Source of the DNA: Vicugna vicugna
Taxonomy: Eukaryota
DNA: 64,000 bases
Direction: 5' to 3'
NCBI GenBank assembly: GCA_013265495.1
Contig: MU058441.1
Location: 186,001-250,000 of the forward strand
The stretch's first letter is position 1, and each line of letters begins with the position of its first letter. This document shows, in pieces, positions 61,301 through 64,000 of the stretch. Below the pieces are notes generated by a model. That model had not been told where the DNA came from. It was given only the letters and a program-made list of their open reading frames with translations, and made no database searches. The translations under genes and the position numbers were made by a program.

Positions 61301-63389
61301 ACCCCTCCTACCTTCCTTCTTTCTGCTTCTTTGGTCCTGTGTATCCGGAGCCAAGTGCTGCCTCAGCCCCAGGCGGGCAGGCCCACAGAGGACACAGGAA
61401 GAGTTTGTTGGGAGGAGGGGAGGCCTGCACTGCCTGCTGGAGGGAACAAAGGGCCTGAGGGCTCAGTCTTCAGATGCTTATCCAACAACTTGAGCTTTTC
61501 CAGTTCCCCAAAGAACAGAGGTTGCTTAAGAGCTGAGCCACATTCCTCTTCCACTCTGAATGTTCCTATGATCCTTAGTGTTGTAATGTGTGAGTTTATT
61601 CTGTAAGGTGATTTTTGTGTGTCACAAACACTTTACTTTGCTAGAGATCAAAATAAGTATTCAATTTATTAAATTCAGAACTCTAGTTCTTACTTAAGCT
61701 TTTAAATTTAGCTTATAAAGACTATTCCATTTATAAGCCTAACATTTTATCTCTTGTTTTTGAGGGCCTCTGAATAATACTCAATCCCATAGTTAATTAA
61801 ATGCCTTAGATGTTTTAAACTGCAGTATACATTTAATATATCTTCTTTTTCAGGTACTACAGTTATCTGACCTGAGTCTTTTCAGAATACTTAAATAATT
61901 CTTATAAATCTAATAAATTAAATATATAGCTGTGTAAACCTTAAATGCTCTTATATGTTTCAAGTCCTTTTTGTTTTCTTAAAAAATTGAAGTATAGTTG
62001 ATTTACAATAGTGTGTTGGTTTCAGGTGTACAGCAAAGTGATTTTGTTATATATATATATAATATATATATATATATATTATATATATATATATTACTGC
62101 TTGATTGGATTTGGCATTTTGTTAGCTCTAAGATATCTAAATGCATTTTCCCATCTGCCTCCCAAGACCTTTGAACTTTTCCAAATCCTGCATTCATTTC
62201 ATATGTTTGTCTTTTAGGACCACAGGATGCTTAGAGACATTAATATGCTGTTGAATTATATTCTGTCTATCTTGCATGCCTTTATCTTTCAAGGTTATGC
62301 CTAGAGACATTTTCAAAGAGGCAGGAAGTGAGAAAAAAAGGCAAATCAGGGAAAAGATGATCCTGACTTTCCTGAATCTCTTTTCCACCCTGGGAAAATC
62401 TCCCCACACTCTCAGTCTCTGTGTATAGCTAAACCCTTTGCCAATTAGTCTTCTGAAAACACAGCTCTGATGATGATACTTTCCCATTCAGAAAGCCCCA
62501 GGTGCTCCCCACTACTTTTTTGGGCAGAGCCCCTCACTGATCGGGTCCCAGACTTTCCTCTTCTCCAGCCTTGTCTCCTACACCACCCCCCACCACTGCC
62601 CATCCCCCTGGTGTGGTGCCCAGCTGTCCCCTGGGCTTCCTCCTTGCTTGCCTTCCCTAGGTGGGTTTTTGTTTCCAAGTCCAGGGCCTGGTCCTCAGGG
62701 CAGTCAGGAAATGTTTGCCAGATGGATGAAATGAAACTTGAGTAGAAGCCAACACTAGGTCCTGTCCTTAAGTGCTTTAGTCCTGGAGGTCTTTCTTGAT
62801 TACATCTTTCTTGCTGGGTTCCTCCCTGCTGGGTTTCATCTTCCCCTTCCCCCAACGCTCCATGTGCCTCGCCAAAGACCTTGGCCTTGTTTTTCTTTGC
62901 AGGATGGCCTTTCTTGTGTTTTCCTGTCCATCTTGCTGGACTGTAAGCCCCTGTTGGCTCAGACTCTCCCATAGCAGACGGTAGAGCCTGGGTGGTCCGC
63001 ACTAGCACCTCATCTGTGAAGGGAGGAGTGGGACCTTACCCACCACATTCCTACTCCAGGCCCCACTGGAGGTGGCAGAGACCCCACTGGCCCACATCTC
63101 TTCCCTGAGGCTGGTCAGCTGGTCCTGGAAATGACCTCGGTGGAAATAGCTAGGCAGCCACCACCCAGGAAATCCCTTGAGGCCTCTGCCCTACTCCCCT
63201 ACCTCCCCTACCACACTTCTACGCAGCGTGTCCTGTTCTGTTTCCAGGGCCAAGAGCAGGATGTGAGGAGAATCATCCAGGCCCTCAATGAGTGCCTTGC
63301 TGCTCTTCCCCGGCAGCAGCTGCGGAAGGTCTGCGGCATCGGAGTGTCAGGACAGATGCATGGAGTCATGTTTTGGAAGACAGGCCAAG
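58349..63389 (+). CDS. SHPK: Sedoheptulokinase (FGGY family), partial: exon 1 58349-58516, exon 2 63248-63389; continues beyond the window
   Basis: MAAGSVTLGIDLGTTSVKVAL (FGGY phosphate-1 motif)...LASCARAARAE...GPQ|GQEQDVRRIIQALNECLAALPRQQLRKVCGIGVSGQMHGVMFWKTGQ; GT-AG boundaries. Confidence 0.97.
58555..59153 (+). repeat. Direct duplication, copy B (5' part of SHPK intron 1)
   Basis: Shares blocks with copy A such as tcaggattcagt.tgt.ccctagggcag, ctctcatccc..aggagtggaatgtgga.ggaggaac and ataattatac. Confidence 0.9.
59864..60082 (+). mobile_element. MER20 (hAT-Charlie)
   Basis: caaccttggcactgttg...attctttgttgtgggggctgtcctgtg...taggatgttt..agcattcctggcctcta...gccagtag...ttgccaaat...tgagaactactg. 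Confidence 0.85.
60665..61083. mobile_element. MER33-like hAT MITE interrupted by a SINE
   Basis: Inverted termini ctgtccaatagaa ... ttggacag; internal gtgaaattaattttaat...tattttatttaacccaat.tatccaaa. Confidence 0.7.
60743..60852 (+). mobile_element. tRNA-derived SINE, camelid Vic-1 type
   Basis: gagggaggatacagctcagtggtag (A box)...gatcctgggttcaacccccagtacc (B box)...aaataaacctaattacttgccccccc tail, as recalled for Vic-1. Confidence 0.8.
61985..62097 (-). repeat. Short L1 3'-end fragment with an imperfect (TA)n microsatellite (about 62048-62093)
   Basis: aattgaagtatagttgatttacaatagtgtgttggtttcaggtgtacagcaaagtgatt followed by TA repeats. Confidence 0.8.
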
Positions 63390-64000
63390 GTATGCTGGGC
63401 TCGGGAGTGATCACACGCTGTTGACAGTCACCCTGGAGCCAGAAAAGTGCTGCCAGGGGCTCTTCGTGAAGGGTCAGCTTATCCTGCTGCGTCTTGTGTT
63501 CTGTGTATAGCCTGTCTTGTTCAAATGTGTAACGAACAAGCAAACTGCCTGCTCACACAAGCTTCATGAGCAGGGAAAGGGAGAAGAGTGAGTTCTCTCT
63601 GATTCTCTGTTGGAGTCCACGGAGTGGATTTTCTACAGCTTTCTCTATTTGGGCTGATGTCTTGGAGCATCTGTGTCAACAACTAAGAAATTAGTATAGC
63701 TGCAGAGGATACTAGGACATAGAGGAAGTGCTTTTGAATTTGGGCATAGTTTTTGTGGTTTAACCTAATCACAGATATTTGTGCTTTTAAAATTCCAAGG
63801 TGCGTCCTTTTCGTGGGTGCACTTGCCAAGCATTATTTATTTGGCTGTTTTATTTCAGAAGGTCTGCCACAGTGCAGAGGTGGGCGGCCTGTTCTCTTTG
63901 GCCTCCAGGAGGAGAACTAAGCCAGCAATACAGCAATGAGCACTTTGCACGTCAGGTGCTGAGCTAAGGATGTGACCTGCTTGAGCTCATCGAATTTTCC

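Overview
Mammalian genomic DNA, most likely a camelid (a Vic-1-type tRNA-derived SINE is present at 60743-60852). The window covers the conserved block ITGAE (last two exons, +), P2RX5 (complete, 13 coding exons, +), EMC6 (-), TAX1BP3 (+), CTNS (complete, -) and SHPK (first two exons, +). EMC6/TAX1BP3 and CTNS/SHPK share head-to-head CpG-island promoters, and there are many L1, LTR, MIR and DNA-transposon fossils. I traced all coding exon boundaries by hand; they are GT-AG and in phase. Main observations not explained by these genes: (1) a decayed, intronless ZCCHC3-like / Tx1-L1 ORF1 zinc-knuckle reading frame between P2RX5 and EMC6, split by a solo LTR with a perfect 4-bp TSD; (2) a ~600-750 bp diverged direct duplication bracketing the CTNS/SHPK promoter, possibly including a dead copy of the 3' half of SHPK exon 1; (3) the cystinosin-LKG alternative tail keeps its splice sites but has an in-frame TGA; (4) an L1 with 5'UTR+ORF1 whose ORF2 is replaced by inverted fragments; (5) P2RX5 has an intact exon-10 donor, so the channel is full length. 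Gene and repeat-family names and all cross-species comparisons are from memory; no database search was run.
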